DNA of 64,000 nucleotides from Candidatus Bathyarchaeota archaeon. Its GTDB lineage: Archaea; Thermoproteota; Bathyarchaeia; Bathyarchaeales; Bathycorpusculaceae. A program made the position numbers and the translations under genes. Below the pieces are notes generated by a model. It ran no database searches, was not told where the DNA came from, and was given only the letters and a program-made list of their open reading frames with translations. The DNA lies in contig CAWABA010000010.1 in NCBI GenBank assembly GCA_963780185.1, positions 58,081-122,080 on the forward strand. The letters run 5' to 3'. Below are positions 12,776 through 23,268 of this stretch, in pieces. Position 1 is the first letter of the stretch, and each line of letters begins with the position of its first letter.

Positions 12776-13555
12776 ATGCGGTATAGTCAAGCTTTGAATC
12801 AGCCCTTAGAATTCTTCCTAGCGATAATAAGATACCGCCAAACCTTCAAGCTTTCGTTCGGTGAAGTATTTGTCTCGCTCTTCAAATGCTTGTACTTCTT
12901 ATGGCTTAGTTATCCTATTTTGCCACCGTTGTATGTTCTCTTTCCAGGTGTACTTCAGAAGTTTAAAAACAAATTCGTGTTTTCGGAATTGATGAGTTTT
13001 TACGATAGCCCACTTTATTGGTCTCATCTGATATGGGCTGAGTTTTCATTTAATAAGCAAAATTACGTGAAGCAAGTTTTAGATTTGGTTAAGGAACTAT
13101 TGAATGGAAATCAGAATCCACGTATTCTTGAGGTCGGTAGCGGGGTAGGCAGTTATACTACACATCTATCAAAAATCGGCAAAGTTGTTACTGTAGATAT
13201 TTCAAGGCGTTGCCTTAGGTTGATTCGTTTTCGCATGAATTATGTAAATGAGGTAGCATCGTCAGCTGAATTTCTTCCTTTTCACTCTCCCGATTTTGAC
13301 CTTGCGGTTTGCTTGGATGTCTTAGAACACCTTCCAGATCCAAGACGTGCGGTGGATGAATTAGTTAATTCGTTAAATCCTGAAAATGGTGTTCTAATCG
13401 CTAATTACGCCATCGACGTACCTGAAGAAGATCATATAGGCAAGCTGAGCTCAAAGGAATTCGAGAATTTTCTCGAAGCAAAATATCGGGTCACGAGAAA
13501 ATTGAGCATTGAAAAAGGAAGTTTGATTTACGTTGTCGCCTCTAATTGTTCATAG
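12776..13555 (+). CDS. Class I SAM-dependent methyltransferase
   Basis: ILEVGSGVG, VDIS, FDLAVCLDVLEHLPDP. Confidence 0.85.
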   Translation: MRYSQALNQPLEFFLAIIRYRQTFKLSFGEVFVSLFKCLYFLWLSYPILPPLYVLFPGVLQKFKNKFVFSELMSFYDSPLYWSHLIWAEFSFNKQNYVKQVLDLVKELLNGNQNPRILEVGSGVGSYTTHLSKIGKVVTVDISRRCLRLIRFRMNYVNEVASSAEFLPFHSPDFDLAVCLDVLEHLPDPRRAVDELVNSLNPENGVLIANYAIDVPEEDHIGKLSSKEFENFLEAKYRVTRKLSIEKGSLIYVVASNCS

Positions 13556-14622
13556 ACTTTTTTGTACTCTTTAATTATGATGTCCCAGTCAAATCGTTTT
13601 ACGCGTTCCAAGCTTTTCTCGCGCAAATCTTCTGCGAGCCGCCTATCTGTCAAAACTCGAATCAACGCGTCGGCCAACGCATTTGGGTCGTTCGCTGGAA
13701 CAAGAATCGCTGAGTCACCAACTACTTCAGGAATACCGCCAATCTTTGTTGTCACAATCGGAAGACCATAAGCCATAGCTTCCAGGTAAACTACGCCGAA
13801 GCTTTCAGTCCTTGGAGAAATACAAAGCACTTGAGAATTTCTCAGGTACGAAGCTTTAGTCGTATTAATAACAGGTCCCGTGAATTCGACATTTCCCTCT
13901 AATCTTAGTTCCTTTGCCAGTTTTACCAACTTTGCTGAGTCTCTTCCTTCACCAACTATCCATAATTTGGCATCTGGAACTTTGGAAATTACCTTCGGCA
14001 TGGCTTGAAGCAGAATGTCTTGGCCTTTATGAGCAATATCCAACCGTGCCAAGCACAAAATAACCTTCCCGTAATTCTTTTTGGAAGCTTCTAGAGGCGG
14101 CAAGGTGACCCCGTTGGGAATTACTGTGATTCTATTCTTTTTTGCGCCTCTGCGGATGAGATGATGCTTCTCCATGTCGGTTGTAGCGATTAATCGGTCA
14201 CATGCCCTTATGGGAATGCTTCTTAAAGCATCAAAGAACGGGTAGATTTTAGCAGTAGGGTCGCTGTGTGTAGTGATTACAGTTGGTTTACTAGAAAACA
14301 CTGATGCCAAAAGAGGGAAATAGCCGTAAGCATGCGCGTGAAGAATGTCAAAATTTAGTTGATGCATCTTTAGGACCATGTCAGGCATCATTCTGGCTAA
14401 TCGGTACCTTATTCTGAAAGGCTCAAAAACAGGAACCCTGTAAACCACTATACCCTCTGTCACTTCATAATCAGGCGTATTTGGTTCTCTTTGCGTAATA
14501 ACCTCTATTTCAAAACCATCTTTTACTAGGCGTTTGTTAATTTCATGCATATTGATTTCAACGCCGCCTAATGAAGGAATGTAATTAGGGGTTAAATTCA
14601 GAATTCTCACATTAAACACCAA
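13528..14622 (-). CDS. Glycosyltransferase family 4 (GT-B)
   Basis: GGVE, VIPNGV, HKGQD, ESFGVVYLEAMAYGLPIV. Confidence 0.92.
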   Translation of the reverse strand: MVFNVRILNLTPNYIPSLGGVEINMHEINKRLVKDGFEIEVITQREPNTPDYEVTEGIVVYRVPVFEPFRIRYRLARMMPDMVLKMHQLNFDILHAHAYGYFPLLASVFSSKPTVITTHSDPTAKIYPFFDALRSIPIRACDRLIATTDMEKHHLIRRGAKKNRITVIPNGVTLPPLEASKKNYGKVILCLARLDIAHKGQDILLQAMPKVISKVPDAKLWIVGEGRDSAKLVKLAKELRLEGNVEFTGPVINTTKASYLRNSQVLCISPRTESFGVVYLEAMAYGLPIVTTKIGGIPEVVGDSAILVPANDPNALADALIRVLTDRRLAEDLREKSLERVKRFDWDIIIKEYKKVYEQLEATT

Positions 14623-15979
14623 TCAAAAACCTAAACAGCTCTCTAACCCTGTATCTAGTAACCATTCGAAAGTTGCCTCTGAATGCTTGTTTCACCATTT
14701 TTGAATAATACTTCTTTTTTGCTTCTTTAGACGCCCGCAGCGCAAGCTGAAATGCTTTTTTTCGTTCGTCAACTGAGAATTCAGGCGTGTCGAAGACTGG
14801 CTGATTGCTAAAATGACTAAACTTCGTATAATCTCTAATAATCCAGTGTCCAGTTTTTTCAACGTAGTCCCACAGTTGCGTTCGAGGGTAAGGGAGTGCT
14901 AAGTAGAAATCGAATGTAGTGAAGCCCTGGTCAACAGCGAAGTCGATGGATTCTTTAACCGTCTCGAAAGTGTCCCCAATATTGCCGATCATGAAAAGAC
15001 CGTGAAAATTGATGCCTGCATCTTTGATCATTGTGACAGCTTTTTTGATGTCGTCTACGCTTTCGCCCTTGTTGATATTCCGAAGCATTGCAGGGTTTGC
15101 CGATTCGACTCCGATAGCAATCCCGGTGCAACCTGCCTCCTTCATTTTCTTAAGCATTGTTTCAGTAACTCTATCAGCCCTTACTCCCTGACAGAACCAC
15201 TGAATTTTAAGGGGTTGCACCTTCTCGCAAAAGGATAATATTCGCTCATTATCCAAGGTAAAATTGTCATCAGCGATGTAGAATTGTTTTTTGCCGTAAT
15301 TGGCGATTAACCATGAAATCTCGTCTAAGATACCATCAACGGAACGTGCTCTCCAATTTTTACCCCAAAGTTTTGAGATTGCGCAAAATGAACAATTAAA
15401 AGGGCAACCTCTGCTTGTAAGCAACACATGTTGATCATACCTCTTCATAGGGAAAAGATCCCAAGCTGGAAACGGGAGAGAATCGATATTCTGAATAAGC
15501 TCTGCAGGTTCGTTAACTACTATGGATCCCTCTTGGTTGCGGAAGATTAGTCCATTGATTTTAGTCAACTGGTCGATTGGATGGTTTCCTGTTTGTATTA
15601 AGCGAGTGAGTTCTAACAGGGAATTTTCACCTTCGCCATAGATTGCATAATCAACGGCTGGAGATTTTTCGAGCGTTTCGCTTAGGGCTATCCCAACATG
15701 TGGACCGCCAAGAACAATTTGGGTATCTGGGTGCTTTTCCTTAACTTTTCTTGCTACATTTAACGTGCTTTCGTACGTGGCACTTGTAGTGCTTATCCCG
15801 ACTAGATCAAACGGTTGATCTAGAAAGCAATCAGCTTCCTTATTATTTGAAACAGCAACATCCAAAATGCACACTTCGAATCCATTACTTCTCAAAACGC
15901 TGGCTAAGTAGCCTAACCCCAAGGATGGAAACGAAGCAGTTAATTTCTTCTCACCTGGATCAATCAAGCCGATTCTCAT
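14612..15979 (-). CDS. Cobalamin-binding radical SAM protein
   Basis: PSLGLGYLAS, GGPH, GEGE B12-binding domain; TSRGCPFNCSFC; DDNF; GVES. Confidence 0.92.
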   Translation of the reverse strand: MRIGLIDPGEKKLTASFPSLGLGYLASVLRSNGFEVCILDVAVSNNKEADCFLDQPFDLVGISTTSATYESTLNVARKVKEKHPDTQIVLGGPHVGIALSETLEKSPAVDYAIYGEGENSLLELTRLIQTGNHPIDQLTKINGLIFRNQEGSIVVNEPAELIQNIDSLPFPAWDLFPMKRYDQHVLLTSRGCPFNCSFCAISKLWGKNWRARSVDGILDEISWLIANYGKKQFYIADDNFTLDNERILSFCEKVQPLKIQWFCQGVRADRVTETMLKKMKEAGCTGIAIGVESANPAMLRNINKGESVDDIKKAVTMIKDAGINFHGLFMIGNIGDTFETVKESIDFAVDQGFTTFDFYLALPYPRTQLWDYVEKTGHWIIRDYTKFSHFSNQPVFDTPEFSVDERKKAFQLALRASKEAKKKYYSKMVKQAFRGNFRMVTRYRVRELFRFLIGV

Positions 15980-16004
15980 TTTTTCACCGCTAATCCTTTA
16001 TTTT

Positions 16005-16616
16005 TCACATGGAATCATCCAGCCCATTCTTAGTCAATACAAAAAATCTGTGGAAAGGATTTTCAAATACCCGATACGTCTTCCTGATCACAAACCCTGA
16101 ACCATTTATCATTTTTAATATCATTTTTAACGTAAGGTTGCTTTTTCCAATCTCCCAATAATGATGACCTTCCCAAACGAGTGTTCTGTTGATTAGCCTA
16201 GGCACAGAAAATGTTGGAGATTGGAGAGAGTTTATGCTGAAACCAACATGCCATGAATCATCAGGTAAACTTAGAATTGCGGCGTTTTTCGTGATCCTGT
16301 TTATTTCAAGTAGGGCGTTTGGGAGTTTTTCATACGGCAAGTGTTCCAAAACCTCATAACATAGACAGGCTTCAAACTGGTCATCTTTGAAAGGCATATT
16401 TGTTACTGATCCAATAAAGTCAGGATTCAAATCCTTGCATACATCTAAAGTAATTATTGATAAACCGAATTGTTTCAGGTACCTTGATACAAATCCATTA
16501 CCAATCCCAACTTCTAGGGTACACCGCGAACGCAGCTTGAGAGCTTCGTTAATTTGATACCAGTAGCTGTTGAATCTTTGTTTGGAATCGTAATTGACTT
16601 TGTGATAGATACTCAT
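16005..16616 (-). CDS. Class I SAM-dependent methyltransferase (type 11-like)
   Basis: LEVGIGNG, MPFKDDQFE, YEVLEHLP, HYWEIG. Confidence 0.85.
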   Translation of the reverse strand: MSIYHKVNYDSKQRFNSYWYQINEALKLRSRCTLEVGIGNGFVSRYLKQFGLSIITLDVCKDLNPDFIGSVTNMPFKDDQFEACLCYEVLEHLPYEKLPNALLEINRITKNAAILSLPDDSWHVGFSINSLQSPTFSVPRLINRTLVWEGHHYWEIGKSNLTLKMILKMINGSGFVIRKTYRVFENPFHRFFVLTKNGLDDSM

Positions 16617-16697
16617 CGAACCGGATCAAATCCAATTGTTTTTTGTCATTCAAGAAAAAAAGAAGTTCACGCGTTTTGATTGGGCGTCCTGCATTTT

Positions 16698-18209
16698 CTA
16701 AAGGGGATTAGGAATGTAGTAAATGTCTACTTCTTGGGTTGATCGGCCGTAGAAAACAGCCACACGCGTTCCGTTGCTTGTGATGTAATTCAGTGTTGAT
16801 TTGTCGACTAGATATGTCCATCTCGGCGAAGTAATAAAGTAATGTATGTCCTGTCCCTTGAGAGAGTTTAAGGATGAATACGCTTCCATTTTTACGATCT
16901 GATAGTTGGTGAACAAGAATTGGTACGTGTATTGTGGACACCAAATCTTTTCGCCATTAGGGATATTTTCCTGAGCCCAATTGATCGATTGACTGATTGC
17001 ATTGTCATTCCTTCCATCGACCACTACCCAGACCGCCATGTTGTAACCTATAACGACAAAGAGCAGCAATAAAGCTGCAAACATTACTTTTCTGTTTCGG
17101 CTTATAATTCCGGACGCAAGTTTCGCTATGGTGTAACCAGCAATGACTGCTGCGGGGACTGTTACATAGATGAAGAACTGCGGATTATGTGCTCCAATGA
17201 CGCCAAAGAAAATGGCTGAGCCGATAAACCAAGAGGACAACAATAAGGTAAATTTACTTCTATCTTTAACGATGAAGTAAACTGAAGCGATGACAGCGAC
17301 TCCTAGCAATATGTACGTGATTAAGTATATGTTCGCTCTCGAAATGAAATCTGACGTGAATGAAATATAATTTGGATTGGTGTACCCCGTATTTCTGATA
17401 ATCCAGAGTGCCCTTTCCAGAAGATTATAGTTAGTGGTTAAGAAGAGCGAAGCATCTATAGAGAGAGCCCAGACAACATAGGCTAAGTACATTAGAAGGC
17501 CAGTTACTAAGAAAACAGTTGTTCCTTTGACGTTGACTTTATTTTTTGCAACGTATCGAGTAAGCAAGAACCAGACCACTACTACCACAATAAGAAAGAC
17601 CGCCAACTCTTTGGTAAGGAGCGCTAAACCAAAAAATACTCCAGCAAGAACATAATTCTTTAAGCCACTATTAGAATTCGCACGCCAAAAGAAAACAAGT
17701 GCAATTATAGCAAATAACATTACCAATGACTCTAAAATCCCGATCCTGCTGTACTTTAACGCGTAAGGTTCTAGCATTAATACAAATGCTGTTGCAATTC
17801 CAATCTGGATATTACTTACTTTTGCGATCCAGATGAACACCGCTGCCACACCAAGAGCAGCATACAGGCAAGCAGTCAACCTACCCGTGAACACATTTGC
17901 CAAAGTTACCCCATGTATTCCTGCCAGCTGGAAAAAGGCACTCTGGAAAATAAAGTACAGCGGCGGGTGAATAAACCAAGGTTGTCCAAAAGCAACCAGA
18001 TGCCCGTACTGCGGCAGCGTTACAGTCATGCCAGTGTACAGAACTTCGTCCCCGAAAATGTCCGGCGTCGAAGATAGCCGCCATACCCTTAAGGCGAAGG
18101 CAAGGGCAAACAAAAGGATCCCGATGGAAACTGCTAGTCGATTTTCATTTACAAGCGTCAAAAGATTTTTTGGCTTTCGAAAAGGTTGCTTGCTGGCTTC
18201 ATTTTGCAA
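16698..18209 (-). CDS. ArnT/PMT-like (GT-C) membrane glycosyltransferase
   Basis: FGDE..Y, HPPLY, LALLTKE motifs; many TM helices. Confidence 0.85.
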   Translation of the reverse strand: MQNEASKQPFRKPKNLLTLVNENRLAVSIGILLFALAFALRVWRLSSTPDIFGDEVLYTGMTVTLPQYGHLVAFGQPWFIHPPLYFIFQSAFFQLAGIHGVTLANVFTGRLTACLYAALGVAAVFIWIAKVSNIQIGIATAFVLMLEPYALKYSRIGILESLVMLFAIIALVFFWRANSNSGLKNYVLAGVFFGLALLTKELAVFLIVVVVVWFLLTRYVAKNKVNVKGTTVFLVTGLLMYLAYVVWALSIDASLFLTTNYNLLERALWIIRNTGYTNPNYISFTSDFISRANIYLITYILLGVAVIASVYFIVKDRSKFTLLLSSWFIGSAIFFGVIGAHNPQFFIYVTVPAAVIAGYTIAKLASGIISRNRKVMFAALLLLFVVIGYNMAVWVVVDGRNDNAISQSINWAQENIPNGEKIWCPQYTYQFLFTNYQIVKMEAYSSLNSLKGQDIHYFITSPRWTYLVDKSTLNYITSNGTRVAVFYGRSTQEVDIYYIPNPL

Positions 18210-19074
18210 TTTGTAATTCCTCTTTCAGATAATTCTTATGATTGAGCTCTAAATTGATTCGTAGGGCGGCGTTCAACAGTTTAGGATTTACACCTCTTGC
18301 TTCGATGAATCCTACGAAAGCCTCCAAATCCTTAGGCAGGCAAGAACCGTCAAACGGCTTGCCTCCATAAACGCCGTATTGTCCTATGCGTGGGTCTTCA
18401 GCTACTGCTCGGCTTACCAAATCTGGTTCCAACCCGAGCGTCACGCAGATTCCGTAGATTTCGTTGAAAAACGAGATTTTACTCGACAAGAAAGCGTTGG
18501 ACACGTATTTTATCATTTCAGCCGTGTCAAAATTCATTCTAAATGTCGGCGCCTTTAGTGGTGCGTAAAGTTTTTCAAGCAAATTTCCTGACCGCTTGTC
18601 GTATTCACCTATGACTATCCTATTGGGGTGCATGAAATCGTTGATGGCTGTTTTTTCTCGCAGAAACTCTGGATTCATACAAAGCCCAAAGTCTGCCCCA
18701 ACCTTTTGCTTGCAATAGCGGTCTAAAAGAGGAATAACCACAGTCCGCGTTGTACCCGGCAGTACAGTGCTTCTTACCACAACAACTTGATATTGCGACG
18801 CAAAATCGAGCGCGTTTGCAACCTCGAGAATTTTATTTTTCAAGCAGGTGCAATCCATCTTGCCTTGTATCGTGGGGGTTGGAACACATAGGAACAGAGC
18901 GTCACAGTCGCAGGTTGCCTGCTGAATCTCGGTGGTTACTTCAAACCCGAGTTTTCGTAGCGGTTCCAATTTTTCTTTTCTTATATCGTGAAAAACAACT
19001 TGGTTTCCAAGTTTAGCCAAGCCGATGCCGGTTGCTTGACCCACTACACCCGAGCCGACAATGAAAACTTTCAT
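18199..19074 (-). CDS. UDP-glucose/GDP-mannose dehydrogenase family protein (short form)
   Basis: GSGVVG Rossmann motif, CVPTP, RSTVLPGT, NPEFLRE, AEMIKYVSN, catalytic SCLPKD. Confidence 0.9.
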   Translation of the reverse strand: MKVFIVGSGVVGQATGIGLAKLGNQVVFHDIRKEKLEPLRKLGFEVTTEIQQATCDCDALFLCVPTPTIQGKMDCTCLKNKILEVANALDFASQYQVVVVRSTVLPGTTRTVVIPLLDRYCKQKVGADFGLCMNPEFLREKTAINDFMHPNRIVIGEYDKRSGNLLEKLYAPLKAPTFRMNFDTAEMIKYVSNAFLSSKISFFNEIYGICVTLGLEPDLVSRAVAEDPRIGQYGVYGGKPFDGSCLPKDLEAFVGFIEARGVNPKLLNAALRINLELNHKNYLKEELQIAK

Positions 19075-20033
19075 TTTCGGAAATTCTCCTGCAGTTTTTT
19101 AGTTGACGTAGCTATTGCCCAGACGGTGTGTTGTTTCTTGAAGGAGACGTCGAATAACGCTAAAGCGTTAGCTACAGCTTCGATTAGAATGACAGCAAAT
19201 AGTTTTATTGTGTCTTTAGGATTTTCTTTTATTTCTTCTTTGAGGATATGAAGACTTTTAGCTGGGTCTTGGACGAGCATGTTTTCGAGCGTTTTCGGAT
19301 ATTTTTTTGTTAGTTCCCTCACACGTAAATGCCCATAAATTACTCTTCGTCTTTGACAAATGTAATCAGAAATGCTTGTTGGCGCTTTGATGAAAACTTT
19401 CGCTTCATCACAGAACTTGATTAACCAGCCTTTTAACGAGGCTGTAACCGCTATGTACGCGTCGTCATTTACTACATTAATCGGTATTTTATTCACAATT
19501 CCCTGCCTAAAAACCATGAATTCTCCTGAAGCGTGATTGCTCACGTTTAAGTCATTGAGGTAATGCAAAGTGTTGTTGTGTAGCCGCCACATTAAGTGGC
19601 TCAAGTAGCCCGAAAAGCCTGTCTCAAGATTCGTCGGTACTGGGCTGCCTCCGACTACGCCTATCTTGGGATTTTCAGAAAACTTCTTAATCAGCAAAGG
19701 CAAAGCGGAACGCGCAGGGATCACGTCGGCTGGAATCAAAAAAATAAATTGACCTTTAGATTTTTCAAGAACAATGTTCACGGCCGATGCCTTGCCGAGA
19801 CGTTTTTGCTCTATTACCAACTTTACGCGTGAATCCATTTCCGAAAACTGCCTAACAACCATAGGCGTGGAATCTGTGCAGCCTGAGCAAACAACAATTA
19901 TTTCGCTGTCTTTTCCGAGTTGCTGCTGAGTTAGAAGGTTGCTTAGCAAACCTCCGATATTCTGTTGCTCATTGTAAGCGCAGATACCTACGCTGATAAG
20001 CGTGAAAAAAGAGCCTCCGAATTTTTCCTCAAA
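19071..20033 (-). CDS. Glycosyltransferase family 2 (true start upstream of the called ORF, uncertain)
   Basis: In-frame ISVGICAYNE..NI upstream of 19949, plus GKASA, NDD and QRRR. A TTG near 20033 joins only via a T-run indel. Confidence 0.85.
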   Translation of the reverse strand, partial: FEEKFGGSFFTLISVGICAYNEQQNIGGLLSNLLTQQQLGKDSEIIVVCSGCTDSTPMVVRQFSEMDSRVKLVIEQKRLGKASAVNIVLEKSKGQFIFLIPADVIPARSALPLLIKKFSENPKIGVVGGSPVPTNLETGFSGYLSHLMWRLHNNTLHYLNDLNVSNHASGEFMVFRQGIVNKIPINVVNDDAYIAVTASLKGWLIKFCDEAKVFIKAPTSISDYICQRRRVIYGHLRVRELTKKYPKTLENMLVQDPAKSLHILKEEIKENPKDTIKLFAVILIEAVANALALFDVSFKKQHTVWAIATSTKKLQENFRK

Positions 20034-20336
20034 AATTTAGCGCCTTAACGGCTTCTCTGTCTCGCCTACAAAAAAGAGGTTGGGAGCAGCCAATGAAGCT
20101 ATCGTGTAGGCGTGTGCCTATTACAAGAATTAGCCAAAAATGTTTCACTCGAGAAATTTATCTGCCTGATTCTGCTGAAAGAAAATAATCCTGAATTTCA
20201 ATAGTTGAACCAACAGTGACCCTTAAGAAAAGGCGGGTGCGAACAGTTTTTAAAGCAGATTTTAATGGTTTCTACCGTAAAATACGGGTAACTTATCCAA
20301 AGTGTAATAAAGGTTAGCAACCGAGCTAGCCACGGC

Positions 20337-21636
20337 TTGAAGGAGGAAAAATCATCGTTGAAGTTAATTTACGTTGCAATAGACGGAATGGGCGATTTGC
20401 CAATTAAAACGTTAGGCAACAAAACGCCGCTGGAAGCCGCTGAGACCCCGAATATGGATGCGCTTGCGGCAGGCGGCAAAACAGGTTTGATGTACACGGT
20501 GAAGAAGGGCGTAGCGCCTGAGAGCGATGTGGCTGTGATTTCGCTTTTGGGTTATGACCCGTTCAAATACAGCACTGGGCGAGGGGTTATCGAGGTGGCT
20601 GGAGCTGGCTTAAAAATGAAGGATGGCGATTTGGCTTTGAGATGCAACTTTGCCACGCTGGGAAAAGGAAGAACCATACTTGACCGCCGAGTCGCAAGAA
20701 GCCTAAGTACTGAAGAAGCCACCGAGCTAACTAAAGCCGCAAACGAGCAGGTCACGCTTGAATCTTACCCTGCGACTTTCGAGTTCAAGAACACGCTGGG
20801 TCACAGGGCTGTTCTGCTGATAAAAAGCAAGGCAAAGCCTCTTTCAAGCAACATAACAAACAGCGACCCTGCCTACACAATAGTTAACGGTATCGGCGTA
20901 GCGCAGACAAACGTTGAGATGGTTCTAAAAACCTGCGAGCCCACAGACAAGACGGAGGCAGCAAAAGTCTCCGCTGCACTCGTTAATGAATTCATCGACA
21001 AAACCCACAAGCTATGGGACAAGTATCCTTTAAACGTGAAACGTGCAGCTGAAGGCAAGCTTAAAGCGAATGTCGTTTTAACCCGAGACGCAGGGCACTT
21101 GCTTCCCAAATTCTTCAACATCGACGAGCACTACCACGTTAACTTCGCCGCTTTGGCTGATATGCACGCTGAAAGAGGCATCGCTGAGTCTGGCTGGCAT
21201 GGATTCGATGTTGCTTCCGCCGCCGTCAGGTAACCTGCAGAAAGACTGCGCTATAAGAGTCAAAACGCTAACAGAAGTTCTTCCGAAGCATGACTGCTTC
21301 TACATTCACCTCAAAGGCCCCGATGAGCCGGGGCATGATGGCAACTGCCTGTTGAAAACGCAGATTATTGCAGCCATCGACAAGTACTTCTTCGGTCCGT
21401 TGCTGAAGCAGATTTCCCTAAAAGACAACCTTATCTGCATAACCGCCGACCACGCCACACCATGCGAGCTTAAAGTGCACAGTGACACACCCGTGCCCGT
21501 TTTGATTTCAGGCGGCAAACTGGGCGACGGCAAAGCGTTAAAGTTCTCGGAGAGGGAATGCGCAAAAGGAAGCTTAGGAACAATTGACCGCGGATGCGAA
21601 CTGTTGCCAAAACTGATGAAGCTAATAAAAAAGTAA
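20337..21636 (+). CDS. apgM: 2,3-bisphosphoglycerate-independent phosphoglycerate mutase, archaeal type (frameshift near 21190)
   Basis: IDGMGD, TPLEAA.TPNMD, PESD, GRG..E, then HLKGPDEPGHDG, TADHATP and HSDTPVP in ORF 21199-21636. Confidence 0.9.
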
Positions 21637-21670
21637 GCCTAGTCGCGTTAAGGAAACTGGGTTTTTAACG

Positions 21671-21768
21671 CCCATTTTTACCTTGGTTTTTTGATGTAAA
21701 TAGTAGACCCCCTCCCTCGGTAGGCGGAGGTTGTTTGGGGCTTGTTTTGGGTTGCTTTTTTGGTTTGG
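21671..21768 (-). repeat. Dispersed intergenic repeat, subtype B copy 1
   Basis: Reverse complement carries CCAAACCAAAAAAGCAACCCAAAA, ACCGAGGGAGGGGGTCTA and TACATCAAAAAACCAAGGTAAAAATGG. All three recur at 50749-50880. Confidence 0.75.
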
Positions 21769-21938
21769 CTTTTAATGCTTTTAGATGTCGGGCGTAGGTG
21801 ACGCTGGGGGGGCCATCGTTTTCGGTTGGTTTTTTGGAATATTCCAAAAGTTATTTATGCCTTGAAAAGCGCGAAAAATACGGGGAAAGTAAAGTCAGAA
21901 ACCATGTGCCTTTAATAAAAAGCGTCCTCTAAGGAATA

Positions 21939-22295
21939 GTGAATAGGCGAAAATTCATGGCTTATACGCGTGAAGGAAAAGAAATCTTTGAAGTCTCCTA
22001 CCCGATTGACGCTATCTGGCAAGCAATCCCCAAAGCAATTACTAAGCTCGAGTGGAAGGTGGAAGAAGCAGACTTGGCTACGCATCACGTTAAAGTAAAG
22101 ACAAAAGGTGCCTTCCTATCCTACGGTTCTGATTTGGACATAGATTTGACCGCGGTCGATGAAAAAACCACGAAATTGTCTATTTCCGCAGAAACCCCTG
22201 TAACCACCATTACGGCTATGGCAGATTTCGGCAGGACAAATGAACGCATCAACGTCTTCATCGCTACAATAGGAAAAATAATGAGCGGTGAATAA
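21939..22295 (+). CDS. Hypothetical soluble alpha/beta protein
   Basis: Clean ORF with protein-like composition; likely start at ATG 21957. Confidence 0.7.
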   Translation: MNRRKFMAYTREGKEIFEVSYPIDAIWQAIPKAITKLEWKVEEADLATHHVKVKTKGAFLSYGSDLDIDLTAVDEKTTKLSISAETPVTTITAMADFGRTNERINVFIATIGKIMSGE

Positions 22296-22301
22296 TTCGC
22301 C

Positions 22302-23268
22302 TTACTCAAGTATCTGTGAACGTTTAAACGCGTACCAAGCGATGAGCAGGAAGACGACGATATAGAGGAAGGCCACTGCTAATCGCACGCAAAGCAACAA
22401 TGTTTATGCTTTCAGTGTAGAGCAGCGTCGGCGGCAGCGATGGGTGGAACGCATCAATATGCGTAAATAGTACATTGGCGTGCGTGAAAAGAACAGCTTT
22501 AACCATGTTTGAGCCCAAGTTGTCGGTTCCCGCTGAAACAGACGTCGCCGAGTTAACGGTGACGTTAGCCACTGTAAAATTGTGACCAATCGTAACGTTC
22601 AAGGTTCCTCCTGCTCCTGACCCAGGCAAATAGTTAAGGTCCCTTACAACTCCCGCATTGCCGGAAAACTGTCCCACGACGCCTACTCCAATGACTAAGG
22701 CGATAAACAAGCCTAATCCAACAAGAAGTGCAAGCATCGAGTTTTTGGAGATGGAGCCCGCTGCTAAGACTACTGCAACCCAGATGAACGTGGATATTAT
22801 GTCGCCTACTAGTGCCAGCGGCACAAGGTATATGCTGTTTTGCGGTCCGTAAACGATGATGCCGCCGACAGTCGAGTAAGTGAAAATTACTGCGTACGAC
22901 ACAAGAATTACTATGAATGTTGCAAAAAGTTTGCCGAAGAATACCATTGAACGCGAAACAGGCTTCGTTAAAAGTGGAACGATTGTTCCGCTCTCGAACT
23001 CCCCTGAAATGCTGTTCATTCCGGTCACGATGGCGAATAGGATGAAGCTGAGGTTTCCAACGCTGAAAGTAGCAGCGAAATACGGGTTCTTCCCCACATT
23101 TAGAAACGCCGGCAAAACCAGGTTTACCGTAGCTAAGACGAATGCAATTACTAGTGCCCCGATAAACTTCTTTTTGCGTATGTTCCAAAGCATCTCGTAC
23201 CTTACAACAGCCCAGAAACGAGTAAACCAGCTTGGCTTCGCCTTATCATATTGCTGCGTTGTGGTCAT
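22302..23268 (-). CDS. ABC-2 type transporter permease (frameshift near 22378)
   Basis: Starts MTTTQQYDK. ISGEFESGTIVPLLTKPVSR..GK motif. Tail AVAFLYIVVFLLIAWYAFKRSQILE* in another frame. Confidence 0.85.
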
